A stretch of DNA of 64,000 nucleotides from a virus: positions 5,534 through 69,533 of IMG/VR virus record IMGVR_UViG_2974595885_000001, one strand, 5' to 3'. Every line of letters begins with the position of its first letter. Position 1 is the first letter of the stretch. The notes below the pieces were generated by a model. That model did not search any database. It was not told the origin of the DNA and was given only the letters and a program-made list of their open reading frames with translations. The translations under genes and the position numbers were made by a program. This document shows positions 26,106-36,245 of the stretch, in pieces.

Positions 26106-27560
26106 ATGGCCAATGTCAAAAACATTGTGTCTATGCTGGTCGCTGAAACCAAGATCACCCTCATCAGTTCTGCTGGTGAGGTCTTGGACATGAAGCTGGA
26201 TGGCCCGTATGACACAACGGCAATTTCAGAATTTCTCGCTCCTCAACTGAGTGGCGGGAATATCGTTGAGTTGAACCTCGACGATTACCTGACTGTCACC
26301 AAAGCTCTTACCCCCGAATATGAGGAAGATGGTATTGTCATCACGCAAATCATCGACGGTAAAGAGGTTCAGGGCATCTTCTATCCACAGAAGATCTCGG
26401 TGTCTGTTCAGGAATCCCCTGACGTGGAACCGGTTGTGATTCCAAAGGTCGAGAAACTCCAAGCACAGATGAAACGTGCTGCAACGGAGCAATCACCTGC
26501 GGTTCGCAACTTCCTCTCACGTCTCGCCCCAGTGGTTCGGGATCGTCTGCACTCGGCTGAAGACCTCATGGACTTCATCGAAACTGCAGAACTGCCCCTG
26601 ACCAATGACGGAATGATCGTTGCCTACAAACGTGTGCGTCGTGGACCCGATCCGGGTACATTTGTGGACTGCCACTCGCAAAAGATCGTTCAGCGTCTCG
26701 GTTCGTCTGTCTGGATGGACGTGGACGGTGTTGACCCCTCTCGGAACAAATCCTGTTCCCATGGGCTTCATGTCGCCAATCTGGGGTATATGCGTAGCTT
26801 CGGAGGCGATAGCACTCTGATCGTCCTTGTGGACCCTGCAGACTTCATTGCAGTTCCTCATGGTGAGACTACCAAAGCCCGTGTCTGCCGTTACCTTGTG
26901 GTCGGTGTGATGGGTCAAGGTGCTCATGAGACTGTACGATCCAGCCATGTTGAAGGTGATCTGTCGTTCGAACAGATGATCACTGATGTGGTTTCCGGTC
27001 GTCATGTTCAAGCAGTCGAGACGGTCAAAGTGGGCAAGAAAGAGATTCTGGAGGTTCTTCCCATCGTGGAAAATCTTGAGGAAGCTCTTGTACCTGCTGA
27101 ACCTGTTGCCCCCAAAGCGGAAGTTGAACGTTCTGGACGGTCTCTGAACACGGACCCGAAAGAAGAATCCAAGGACATCCGTAAGATGGCAAAAACCACC
27201 AAGGCAGCGGCTCAAGGCCGTAATCTGTGGGACAACGCTCCTGCAGAAGTGATTGCTGCTTTCGAAGACATGCGTGCTGGCACCATGTCCAAGACAGCGA
27301 TTGCAACCAAACACAACACTTCGACCCGGACCATGGGTCGTTGGGCTGACAAGTACGACTACGAAGGTTACGTGGCTTCCAAAGCTGCGAACATGACCGT
27401 CGGTGAACGTGCTATGGCCTTGTATGACCAGTGGATCAACGGTGTTGTTGAACTGGCCGATCTCGTGAGCTTCAAGAAAGCACGCAAGAAAGGTTGGGCA
27501 GCACTGGGATTCAATGGCCGTCAGGTCACCCGGATTGAGAACGCAATCAAGGCGTCCTAA
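26106..27560 (+). CDS. rIIB: rIIB-like protein
   Basis: LPLTNDGMIVAYKRV, DCHS, SCSHGLHV, LVDPADFIAVP and KARVCRY; C-terminal HTH-like segment. Confidence 0.9.
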   Translation: MANVKNIVSMLVAETKITLISSAGEVLDMKLDGPYDTTAISEFLAPQLSGGNIVELNLDDYLTVTKALTPEYEEDGIVITQIIDGKEVQGIFYPQKISVSVQESPDVEPVVIPKVEKLQAQMKRAATEQSPAVRNFLSRLAPVVRDRLHSAEDLMDFIETAELPLTNDGMIVAYKRVRRGPDPGTFVDCHSQKIVQRLGSSVWMDVDGVDPSRNKSCSHGLHVANLGYMRSFGGDSTLIVLVDPADFIAVPHGETTKARVCRYLVVGVMGQGAHETVRSSHVEGDLSFEQMITDVVSGRHVQAVETVKVGKKEILEVLPIVENLEEALVPAEPVAPKAEVERSGRSLNTDPKEESKDIRKMAKTTKAAAQGRNLWDNAPAEVIAAFEDMRAGTMSKTAIATKHNTSTRTMGRWADKYDYEGYVASKAANMTVGERAMALYDQWINGVVELADLVSFKKARKKGWAALGFNGRQVTRIENAIKAS

Positions 27561-27574
27561 TCCCCTCCCCCCGG

Positions 27575-27615
27575 AACCCTCACTGGCAGAAATGTCGGTG
27601 GGGGTTTTGTTTTTT
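27575..27615 (+). terminator. Rho-independent terminator
   Basis: AACCCTCACTGGCA-GAAA-TGTCGGTGGGGGTT with G-U pairs, followed by a T-tract. Confidence 0.75.
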
Positions 27616-27639
27616 GGTTTATTATCAAGGAGCAAGACA

Positions 27640-27978
27640 ATGGCTGTGGCCAAACTCATCACCACGTTGACAGGTCGTCGTAAGGAAATCTTCGACAAGA
27701 TCATGTCCAATGTCAAAATCGATCACAACACCGGCTGTTGGGAATGGCAAGGTGGAACCTCTGGTTCAGGTCGTGGTGGGGGCTATGGACGTATGTCTCT
27801 CGATGGTGGTACTGTCGCCACCCACATAACCATGTTCATCAATTTCTTCGGAGCAATCCCTCCCAAGAAACAGATCGACCATAAGTGCAACAACCGCATC
27901 TGTTGCAATCCCGATCATCTGGAGATGGTCACTCACAAACAAAACCAGAAGCGTCGAGACGCAAGGAGAAAATCATGA
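27640..27978 (+). CDS. HNH endonuclease
   Basis: CWEWQG...GYG...IDHKCNNRICCNPDHLEMVTHKQN. Confidence 0.9.
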   Translation: MAVAKLITTLTGRRKEIFDKIMSNVKIDHNTGCWEWQGGTSGSGRGGGYGRMSLDGGTVATHITMFINFFGAIPPKKQIDHKCNNRICCNPDHLEMVTHKQNQKRRDARRKS

Positions 27979-28349
27979 TCTTCGTATTTGGAAGCAACAA
28001 GTCCGGTATCCACGGTGCAGGTGCAGCAGCCTATGCTCACAAACGTCTGGGTGCCAAATGGGGTGTTGGTGAAGGTATGACGGGCGATTGCTACGCTCTC
28101 CCAACCAAAGGACCGAAGATCGAGTTCATCCCTCTGGAAGAAATCAAAGAAGCTGTGGACCGGTTTCTGAAGTATGCTTCGGACCATCCCAACAAAGACT
28201 TCAAAGTCACCCAAGTGGGTTGTGGTCTCGGTGGTTTCACCCCTGCAGACATTGCACCCCTCTTCTACACTCACCCGGAGAACTGTCATTTCGATGTGAA
28301 ATGGCATGACTATCTCCCCTATGGAACCAAGTATTGGGGAACAGGATGA
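27975..28349 (+). CDS. A1S_2505-like phage protein (macro-domain-like)
   Basis: IFVFGSN..GIHGAGAA...YALPTK...FKVTQVGCGLGG. Confidence 0.75.
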   Translation: MIFVFGSNKSGIHGAGAAAYAHKRLGAKWGVGEGMTGDCYALPTKGPKIEFIPLEEIKEAVDRFLKYASDHPNKDFKVTQVGCGLGGFTPADIAPLFYTHPENCHFDVKWHDYLPYGTKYWGTG

Positions 28350-28870
28350 TCTATGCAGGAATTGGAGCACGAGAAACACCGGGACCGATCCTCGATTCCA
28401 TGCGTAATGCAGCTACAGCCTTGGCAAAAGCAGGTGTTGGATTGCGTACTGGCGGAGCCAAAGGTGCAGATCAGGCTTTCTTCGATGGGTGGGAGAGGGT
28501 CGGCCAAGAGCAGCTTCTTGAGGTCTTTGTACCGTACTCTGGATTCCGTGGATTCAGAGTGGGTGAGGGACCAGTATATGGCCCACCTACTCGGGAAGCC
28601 CGACTACTTGCTAAGGAATACCACCCCAACTGGGCGGTCCTTGGCGATACTGGACGGGATTTCCACGCACGAAATTGCTACCAGATTCTGGGATTCGACC
28701 TCAAGACTCCCTGCGATTTTGTCCTCTGTTGGACAAAAGATGGCAAGGTTGTCGGAGGCACGGGACAAGCGTTACGGCTGGCAACTGCACATGAAATTCC
28801 AATCTTCAACCTTGGTTCAATGAGCCAAGATGAAGTCAACGAAGCAATCATGGAGATGCTCAATGCTTAA
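28346..28870 (+). CDS. SLOG/DprA-like nucleotide-binding protein
   Basis: YAGIGARETP, LRTGGAKGAD, ARNCYQILG, GGTGQA and IPIFNL. Confidence 0.8.
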   Translation: MIYAGIGARETPGPILDSMRNAATALAKAGVGLRTGGAKGADQAFFDGWERVGQEQLLEVFVPYSGFRGFRVGEGPVYGPPTREARLLAKEYHPNWAVLGDTGRDFHARNCYQILGFDLKTPCDFVLCWTKDGKVVGGTGQALRLATAHEIPIFNLGSMSQDEVNEAIMEMLNA

Positions 28871-29213
28871 ACTCTTGTGGCGGTTCTTGCCGCTCCCCCC
28901 TGACATTCAAAGTCTTGTCGATGCCTGTGAACAGGTTCGGGAAAACTCTGAAGACGAAGAAATCATGATCTACCCTGCTGGTGAATATGGTTTCCAAATC
29001 CACACTTCAGATGGTCTGATGGAACCAGTCATCTTCCCAACCCCTCAAGAACGTGCTGCGTTTGGTGCAGGATTGCAACAGGCAGTGAATATGTTTGGGG
29101 GTCAGTCACAATTCCTTTCTGGCCAGCAAGCCAACGATATGGATCAATGGCTTGAGGAGATGTCTGAGGAAGATCGTGCTCTTCTGAAGAAAAAACCTGC
29201 TGGAAGCGGTTGA
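28863..29213 (+). CDS. Hypothetical protein
   Basis: 116 aa from ATG 28863, RBS GGAG. Confidence 0.65.
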   Translation: MLKLLWRFLPLPPDIQSLVDACEQVRENSEDEEIMIYPAGEYGFQIHTSDGLMEPVIFPTPQERAAFGAGLQQAVNMFGGQSQFLSGQQANDMDQWLEEMSEEDRALLKKKPAGSG

Positions 29214-29278
29214 TCCAGATAACCGTCCTTGGTACGACCAAGCTCTTCAATCACAATATATGCCAAGAGGACGACATC

Positions 29279-31678
29279 ATGGACTCACTCTTTCCACAAC
29301 CCATCTGTGAAACAGTATGGGGATCCAAATACCAGTTCAAAACGGAACGTGAAGGCTTCATGCCAGATCTCACAGTCCATGACACTTGGGATCGCATTGC
29401 CACATCCTGTGCAAGCTCCCCTCGTTTCACGACTGCTGAGGCTCAAGCTGCAGCACACAAACGCTTCTATGACATTCTGGAGAACTTCAAGTTCTCTCCT
29501 GCAGGTCGCATCATTGCGGGTTCAGGTACTGGTCGGAATGTCACGCTGTTCAACTGCTTCGTCATGGGTACTGTCCCTGACTCTCTTGCTGGCATCTTCG
29601 ATATGCTCAAGGAAGCAGCACTGACCATGCAACAAGGTGGTGGCATTGGCTACGACTTCTCTACCATTCGTCCGAAAACAGCCTTCGTGAAGGGTGTCGA
29701 GGCTGAAGCATCTGGTCCTCTGTCCTTCATGGATGTCTGGGACAAGATGTGTGAGACAATCATGTCTGCTGGTGGTCGTCGTGGTGCAATGATGGCTACG
29801 ATGGCCTGTAACCACCCAGATGTTCTGGACTTCATCACTGCCAAACGGACAGTGGGTCGTCTGAACAAATTCAACATGTCTGTTCTTGTGACGGATGAGT
29901 TGATGAACAAAGTCAAAACCGAAGAAGACATTGCTCTGGTTCACGTCGAGCCACCAATGATCGACTCTGGTTTGGGACAAGATGCTGATGGCAAATACAT
30001 TTACGAGTACATCAACGCTCGTGACCTGTGGGAAGCAATCATGGCTGAGACATATCACCATGCTGAACCGGGAGTCATCTTCATCGACCGTATCAACCGG
30101 GAAAACAACCTGTGGTTCGCGGAAACCATTGCAGCCACGAATCCCTGTGGTGAGCAACCACTGCCGCCCTACGGTGCTTGTTTGCTTGGTTCGATCAACC
30201 TGACGAAGTTCGTTGACAACCCTTTCACACCTGAAGCCAGCTTCCGCTACGGCGAACTGGAACGGGTCATGGCTACGGCTGTGGAACTGACAGACTGCGT
30301 TATTGACGCCAGCAATTTCCCTCTGGAAAAGCAGCGTGAAGAAGCAGAGTTGAAACGTCGGATGGGTATTGGTGTAACCGGTCTCGCAGATGCAATGTAT
30401 ATGCTTGGCACCAAGTATGGCTCTGAATCCTCTCAGGAGTTCACCCGTGAAGTGCTGAAAGTCATGGCCATTGCAGGCTACCAAGCCTCTGCAGATCTGG
30501 CAAAAGAATATGGTCCTGCACCTATCTTTGCCGAAACCAACAATCGGAAACTGGCCCTTGAAAAAGGGATGATCCGGAAACTCCCGGTTCGTGTGAAAGA
30601 ATCCATCATGGAGAATGGTCTCCGGAACTCTCACATCCTTTCGATTGCTCCGACTGGCACAATGTCCATCTACATGGGCAACGTGTCCTCTGGTGTGGAA
30701 CCAAACTTCGCAGATTCTTACGTCCGTAAGGTGCTGCAGAAGGATGGAACCAAGATCGATGAACGTGTCTATGCTTCGGCTGTGCTGGTGTTCACACAAC
30801 TGTACGACCAAGCTGATGATACCCGGAAACGGGAACTCGACAACTGGCGTGAAAACTTCTGGTGTACGGCTCAAGACCTTGCTCCTGAAGATCACGTAGC
30901 AGTGCAAGCTGCTGCACAGGAGTGGGTGGATTCTTCGATCTCCAAGACCGTGAACCTTCCTGAAGACATCTCGATGGAAGACTTCGCAAGCGTCTATGTG
31001 GACGCATTTGACCAAGGGTGTAAGGGCTGTACGACCTACCGTCCGAATGACATTCTTGGTTCTGTGCTGTCTGTGGAACCAGAGAAGAAAGACGAACCTG
31101 AAGAGACGGTGGAACCTCCTGTAGAGCCTGTCGTCTGGGAACGTCCCTACGAACTGAGTGGGAAAACGTACAAACTGAAGTGGCAAGGCGATGCGGTCTA
31201 TCTGACCTTCAATGACATCGACGCTCCTGAAGGCTGGCGTGCTCCATTCGAGATGTTCGTGACCACCAAGAATCCGGAACATGCTGCGTGGATCGGTGCT
31301 CTGACTCGTATGATCAGTGCTATCTTCCGTCGTGGTGGTGACATCCGGTTCATTATCGAGGAACTGAAGAACGTGCATGACCCCAAAGGTGGTGCATGGG
31401 TGGATGGAAAATACTGTCCTTCTTTGGTCGCCCTTCTCGGGCGTACTCTCGAAACTCATCTCATGCGGATTGGGTATCAATCGACCCCAGAACCTGTTGA
31501 GATCACTGTGTACCATTCACAGGCCACCGAAGACGGTCCTGAAGCTCCAGAGGAGCCAGAAGTCCAGATCGTGGTAGCCGGGACACCTAATCAATGTCCT
31601 TCCTGTGGTGAATACGCAATGGTTGAAGGTGCTGGATGCTCAACCTGCACGAGTTGCGGCTACTCCAAATGTGGCTGA
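29279..31678 (+). CDS. nrdJ: Class II (adenosylcobalamin-dependent) ribonucleotide reductase
   Basis: TLFNCFV, GGGIGYDFS, RRGA, TNPCGEQPL, IAPTGT and KGCTTYRP. C-terminal TSCPD-like domain and Cys-rich zinc ribbon. No nrdB-like partner seen in the window. Confidence 0.9.
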   Translation: MDSLFPQPICETVWGSKYQFKTEREGFMPDLTVHDTWDRIATSCASSPRFTTAEAQAAAHKRFYDILENFKFSPAGRIIAGSGTGRNVTLFNCFVMGTVPDSLAGIFDMLKEAALTMQQGGGIGYDFSTIRPKTAFVKGVEAEASGPLSFMDVWDKMCETIMSAGGRRGAMMATMACNHPDVLDFITAKRTVGRLNKFNMSVLVTDELMNKVKTEEDIALVHVEPPMIDSGLGQDADGKYIYEYINARDLWEAIMAETYHHAEPGVIFIDRINRENNLWFAETIAATNPCGEQPLPPYGACLLGSINLTKFVDNPFTPEASFRYGELERVMATAVELTDCVIDASNFPLEKQREEAELKRRMGIGVTGLADAMYMLGTKYGSESSQEFTREVLKVMAIAGYQASADLAKEYGPAPIFAETNNRKLALEKGMIRKLPVRVKESIMENGLRNSHILSIAPTGTMSIYMGNVSSGVEPNFADSYVRKVLQKDGTKIDERVYASAVLVFTQLYDQADDTRKRELDNWRENFWCTAQDLAPEDHVAVQAAAQEWVDSSISKTVNLPEDISMEDFASVYVDAFDQGCKGCTTYRPNDILGSVLSVEPEKKDEPEETVEPPVEPVVWERPYELSGKTYKLKWQGDAVYLTFNDIDAPEGWRAPFEMFVTTKNPEHAAWIGALTRMISAIFRRGGDIRFIIEELKNVHDPKGGAWVDGKYCPSLVALLGRTLETHLMRIGYQSTPEPVEITVYHSQATEDGPEAPEEPEVQIVVAGTPNQCPSCGEYAMVEGAGCSTCTSCGYSKCG

Positions 31679-31727
31679 TACCTCGGGGGGAGGGAGAAAT
31701 CTCTCCCCTCAAACCAACGGAGCAAAC

Positions 31728-32072
31728 ATGGACGGGACTCATCAAAGGATGTTGGAGGCAATCTCCAAAGACATCCACATCTATTACCTCTGTGTGACCG
31801 TAGATCATGCAAGAGTGATGGCTGACAAAGCTGAGTCGATCTACAGTCCATACGGTTACAACAGGACCGGACACAGAGACTTCCGAACCAAGAAAGGAAA
31901 ACTGTTGGAATTCCGTGGCTTGAATAGAATCACACCCTCCAGCCTAATGGGTTTTCAGGGATGTGTTTTGGTTCACCCGGACTGTTACCGACATCCTCAC
32001 TGGAGAGAAAAACCTCATCTCCAAGAAAACATCATCAACGCAAACGTAAGGACACGCCCATGGCAACCCTGA
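31728..32072 (+). CDS. Hypothetical protein
   Basis: ATG 31728 after GGAG, 114 aa. Confidence 0.6.
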   Translation: MDGTHQRMLEAISKDIHIYYLCVTVDHARVMADKAESIYSPYGYNRTGHRDFRTKKGKLLEFRGLNRITPSSLMGFQGCVLVHPDCYRHPHWREKPHLQENIINANVRTRPWQP

Positions 32073-33334
32073 ATGACGAACAGAGAGCAGCCTTCATGGA
32101 CGTGCTCGCCTTCATCCAAGACCCCCTACGGAAGTTCCACCGTATCTCTGGTGGGGCTGGAACAGGGAAGTCTTTCTTCATCTCCAAAGTGGCAGATGAC
32201 ATCCTGAAACACAAAGGTCAGTCTCGTTTGACTGAGGTGGCTATCACCGCCACAACGAACAAAGCTGCAGCCGTACTTGCAGAAGCTATGCCCCATCGGA
32301 GAGGGGACATTGGGACGATCTATTCGTTCATGAATCTCCGAGTATCTCAGAATTTCAACGACGGAACACAGAAAGTGATCCCGACTCGGAATTGGGTGGT
32401 CCATCACTGCACGCTGATCATCGTGGACGAAGCGTCTATGATCAATCAGAAGCTGTGGGAATACATCGACAAAGGTACGACCAATGACTGTAAGGTTCTT
32501 TTCGTCGGAGACAAGAATCAGCTTGCGCCTGTAAAGGAGAGTCTAAGCCCGGTCTATGCTCAACCTCTGTCGGAAAGCCTGCTCATCCATCCTGTACGGA
32601 ATGCGGAGCAGCCTGCCCTCATGGAACTGTGTGAACAAGCCAAGCAAACAGTGCTGACAGGTGAGTTCACTCGCATTAAGGAAGTACCCGGAGTCATTGA
32701 TTTCATTGATGGAAATCAGATGCAGGGTATTCTGGAACGGGAGTATCATCAGGAAGATGCTGGCAAGCGGATCTTGAGTTACACCAACCAACGAGTGCTC
32801 CAATACAACGAGTATGTTCGTGGTTTGCGTGGGTATACGAAACCCTTCGAAGTGGGTGAAGTCGTTACCAACAACCAATCCGCTGAACTGGTCACAAAAG
32901 AGCGTCTCTACACTGACCAGATGGTCCAGATCGATTCGATTGACGAAGAATACTTCGACTCTCAGATCGTTCCCGGTCATGACATTCCGATGATGCGTCT
33001 GACAGTTTCTGATGTCTCTTCTGGTGCTGAGTACCATGTGAACGTGTTCCAAGACTTTGTGGACCGAGCCAATGTTCTCAAGCATTACAGTGGGATGAAG
33101 AAGTGGGACAGGTATTTCAAGGTACGGGACAACTATCCGGACTTGAGATCTGTCGCAGCATCGACTACCCACAAGGCCCAAGGCTCGACATATCAGTCTG
33201 TGATTGTCGATCTGGCCGATATTGGGAAGTCAACTAATCGGGAACAGACTGCACGGATGCAATACGTTGCACTGTCCCGGCCAAAACAACGGCTCTACAT
33301 CCGGGGCCAATTGCCTGAAAGGTACTTCTCATGA
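32060..33334 (+). CDS. SF1B (Dda/RecD-like) DNA helicase
   Basis: GGAGTGKS, IIVDEASM, GDKNQLAPV, TTHKAQGSTY and YVALSR. Confidence 0.92.
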   Translation: MATLNDEQRAAFMDVLAFIQDPLRKFHRISGGAGTGKSFFISKVADDILKHKGQSRLTEVAITATTNKAAAVLAEAMPHRRGDIGTIYSFMNLRVSQNFNDGTQKVIPTRNWVVHHCTLIIVDEASMINQKLWEYIDKGTTNDCKVLFVGDKNQLAPVKESLSPVYAQPLSESLLIHPVRNAEQPALMELCEQAKQTVLTGEFTRIKEVPGVIDFIDGNQMQGILEREYHQEDAGKRILSYTNQRVLQYNEYVRGLRGYTKPFEVGEVVTNNQSAELVTKERLYTDQMVQIDSIDEEYFDSQIVPGHDIPMMRLTVSDVSSGAEYHVNVFQDFVDRANVLKHYSGMKKWDRYFKVRDNYPDLRSVAASTTHKAQGSTYQSVIVDLADIGKSTNREQTARMQYVALSRPKQRLYIRGQLPERYFS

Positions 33335-33627
33335 GCGAAATGGAAATGTTTATCGGGACTGCCAAACGTTATGTTGGTCCCGACATCGAACCCGAAGACA
33401 CTGATGACTTCTACGAATTGGAGAAGAGTCTTGGACACTCTGCAATCGTGAAGGTCAACGGGGAACTCTGGTGTATCGATCATCTGAAAGAGGTCGATTC
33501 CTACGGTTTCCAAACCATCATTGAACCACAGCAAGAACTCATGTTCATCGGCTACTGGTACAACGGTGGTGCAGGTCTTCATGAAGTGGCTGAATCAGCC
33601 ATCAAAGAACACTTGGAGAGCGACTGA
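33331..33627 (+). CDS. Hypothetical protein
   Basis: 98 aa between helicase and polymerase, with ATGA and TGATG overlaps. Confidence 0.75.
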   Translation: MSEMEMFIGTAKRYVGPDIEPEDTDDFYELEKSLGHSAIVKVNGELWCIDHLKEVDSYGFQTIIEPQQELMFIGYWYNGGAGLHEVAESAIKEHLESD

Positions 33628-36245
33628 TGAACTACGACATTTTGGGGCAAGGTGGTCCTGCCCGAATCGCCATTCTGACACCGAAGATTCAGAAGGCTGA
33701 AATCGAAAAGCACTACATGCCCCATTTGTCGGAACTCAATGAGGAGGTTATGGTTTGTGACCTCTTCATCAATCGATCCAAGAAGAAAACCCCTGCTGCA
33801 GAGATCAAAGAGTATCTGAATGATCTTCTCCCAGAACTTCTGGAGCAGGGGATTGAAATGCTGGTTGTCACTCAACCGGACTATTTCAAAGTCATCTCCA
33901 AACAAGCGAAAACCGATGCTGTCATTGGGGACGTTATGGACGGGGTGGGTGGTTTCAAAGTTACCTACGCCCCCAATTACACGAGAGTTTTCTATGACCC
34001 AGACAAAACCAAACAGCGAATCGCTCAAGCATTTTCGTCTGTTCGTCGATGGACAACCGGTGACACCGAAAAAACCGGAACCGGAATCATCCATTTTGGG
34101 GAGTATCCTGACACTGATGAGCGGATTGCTCAATGGCTTGACCGTCTCATTGGTATGGATTGCGATCTTACTTGTGATATCGAAGGATTTGACCTCAAGC
34201 ACCACAGTGCTGGAATCGGAACCATTACCTTCTGTTGGAACGAGCATGAAGGAATCGCCTTCGAGGTTGATGACTGTGAGTCCAAGGCCGAGAATGCGAC
34301 CCGCAGACTTCTTCTGAAGCAGTTCTTCTATCGCTTCAAACGGAAGATGATCTACCACAACATCTGCTATGATGCCTATGTGCTGATCTACCAACTGTTC
34401 ATGGATCATATCCTTGACCAAGAGGGTCTTCTCGAAGGTCTCAACATCATGCTGGAGAACTGGGACTGTACCCAGTTGATCACCTATCTGGCGACAAATA
34501 CCTGTGCTGGCAATGAGTTAGGTCTCAAAGCTCAAGCTCAGGAGTTTGCCGGGAATTATGCTGTTGAAGAGATCAACGACATCACCAAAATCCCTCTCCC
34601 GGATCTTCTCCGGTACAACCTCGTGGATGGTCTGTCCACTTGGTACGTCCGGAACAAGCACTGGGATACTCTGGTAGCTGACCAGCAAGAGGAGATTTAC
34701 AATACGATCTTCAAACCTGCTGTGATCGACATCATCCAGATGCAGTTGACCGGTCTTCCGGTGAACATGGAGAAGGTGGTGGCTCTGGACAAGCAGCTTA
34801 TGGCTGAATCCAACCGTGCTGTGAGACGTATGAAGCAGACTCGTGCTGTTCGTGGTTTCATGGTGGTTCTGGAGGATGAAGCTCTGGAGAAGAAGAATGC
34901 CAAACTCAAAACAAAGGTTGTTACTCGTGCTGACCTCGGAACGACCAAAGACCTCACTGTTGAGTTTAATCCTAATTCGGCACCTCAACTCCAACGCTTG
35001 CTCTATGACAAGCAGTTCCTCGGACTCCCAGTCCTTGATTACACCGACTCCAAGTTGCCCTCCACTGGTGCAGAAACCTTGGAGAAACTGCTGAAGCACA
35101 ACATTCCTGAAGAAACCAAGGCTTTCCTTGAGATCCTGATGGAGTACAAGGCTTCGGCTATCATCCTCTCAACCTTCCTCCCTGCCTTCCTGAAAGCCTT
35201 CAAAGGCCCTGATGGCTGGCATTACCTGTTCGGTAACTTCCGACTGGGTGGGACTCTCTCTGGACGCTTGTCGTCCAACAACCCAAACCTGCAGAACATT
35301 CCGAGCAGTGCTGGTGCTCCTCTGAAGAAGAGACTTGCAAAACTCATCAAGGAATGCTTTGAAGCTCCTCCCGGATGGATCTTCTGTGGTCTGGACTTTG
35401 ACAGTCTGGAAGACAGGATCTCTGCTCTCACCACGAGGGATCCGGAAAAGCTGAAGGTCTATACGGATGGTTACGATGGTCACTCTCTCAGAGCTTACTC
35501 ATATTTTGGCGAGAATATGCCAGATATCGATGCTGGTTCTGTGGAGTCCATCAATTCCATTGCCAAGAAGTATAAGCAGTATCGTCAGGACTCGAAGGCA
35601 CCAACCTTCGCCCTGACCTATCAGGGTACATACATGACTCTGATGAACAACTGTGGCTTCAGCAAAGAGATGGCTCAGGCAATCGAGAATGCCTATCGCA
35701 AGATGTATAAGGTCTCGATTGATTGGGTTCAGGATCGTTTGGAGAAGGCAACAAAGAATGGGTATATCACTGTGGCTTTCGGACTTCGTGTTCGGACACC
35801 ACTCCTGAAGCAGTCGATTCTTGGAACCAAGAAAACACCAAGAGAAGTGGAAGCTGAAGGACGTACTGCCGGTAACGCAATGGGTCAGTCCTACTGTCTG
35901 TTGAATAACCGTGCTGCATCTGAGTTCATGGGCAAGGTCCGTAAGTCTGAATATCGACTGGACATCAAACCATGTGCTCACATCCACGACGCCCAATACT
36001 ATCTGGTACGGGATCGTGGCTTCGGACCTCTGATGTATATGAATGAGCATCTTCCGAAGGCAGTATCTTGGCAAGACGATCCTGAAATCTATCACGATCA
36101 GGTCAAGTTGTCTGGTTCGGTGGAGATCTTCCACCCGAATTGGAACCATGGATTCGACCTTCCTGCCAACTGCAACGAAGAAACTATCATCGAGAAGATC
36201 AAAGCTCACAAAGCTGATCTTGAAGAAAAAGGAATCGCAGCATGA
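33627..36245 (+). CDS. Family A DNA polymerase with 3'-5' exonuclease
   Basis: Exo I CDIEG, RLSSNNPNLQNIP, motif A GLDFDSLE, motif B RQDSKAPTFALTYQG, motif C HIHDA. Confidence 0.95.
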   Translation: MNYDILGQGGPARIAILTPKIQKAEIEKHYMPHLSELNEEVMVCDLFINRSKKKTPAAEIKEYLNDLLPELLEQGIEMLVVTQPDYFKVISKQAKTDAVIGDVMDGVGGFKVTYAPNYTRVFYDPDKTKQRIAQAFSSVRRWTTGDTEKTGTGIIHFGEYPDTDERIAQWLDRLIGMDCDLTCDIEGFDLKHHSAGIGTITFCWNEHEGIAFEVDDCESKAENATRRLLLKQFFYRFKRKMIYHNICYDAYVLIYQLFMDHILDQEGLLEGLNIMLENWDCTQLITYLATNTCAGNELGLKAQAQEFAGNYAVEEINDITKIPLPDLLRYNLVDGLSTWYVRNKHWDTLVADQQEEIYNTIFKPAVIDIIQMQLTGLPVNMEKVVALDKQLMAESNRAVRRMKQTRAVRGFMVVLEDEALEKKNAKLKTKVVTRADLGTTKDLTVEFNPNSAPQLQRLLYDKQFLGLPVLDYTDSKLPSTGAETLEKLLKHNIPEETKAFLEILMEYKASAIILSTFLPAFLKAFKGPDGWHYLFGNFRLGGTLSGRLSSNNPNLQNIPSSAGAPLKKRLAKLIKECFEAPPGWIFCGLDFDSLEDRISALTTRDPEKLKVYTDGYDGHSLRAYSYFGENMPDIDAGSVESINSIAKKYKQYRQDSKAPTFALTYQGTYMTLMNNCGFSKEMAQAIENAYRKMYKVSIDWVQDRLEKATKNGYITVAFGLRVRTPLLKQSILGTKKTPREVEAEGRTAGNAMGQSYCLLNNRAASEFMGKVRKSEYRLDIKPCAHIHDAQYYLVRDRGFGPLMYMNEHLPKAVSWQDDPEIYHDQVKLSGSVEIFHPNWNHGFDLPANCNEETIIEKIKAHKADLEEKGIAA

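Noticed and set aside
28353-28823. 156-aa alternative-frame ORF inside the SLOG gene
   Set aside because: Fully overlaps a gene with clear family motifs, is Ser/Arg-rich and has no RBS
29522-31516. 664-aa minus-strand ORF opposite nrdJ, and similar ORFs opposite RNAP2, the AAA ATPase, the phosphoesterase, rIIB and the capsid gene
   Set aside because: Same codon-bias shadow effect, with atypical composition and no motifs
29279-36245. Possible inteins or introns in nrdJ, helicase or DNA polymerase
   Set aside because: Lengths are ordinary for the families, the catalytic motifs are contiguous, and no splicing or LAGLIDADG signatures were seen
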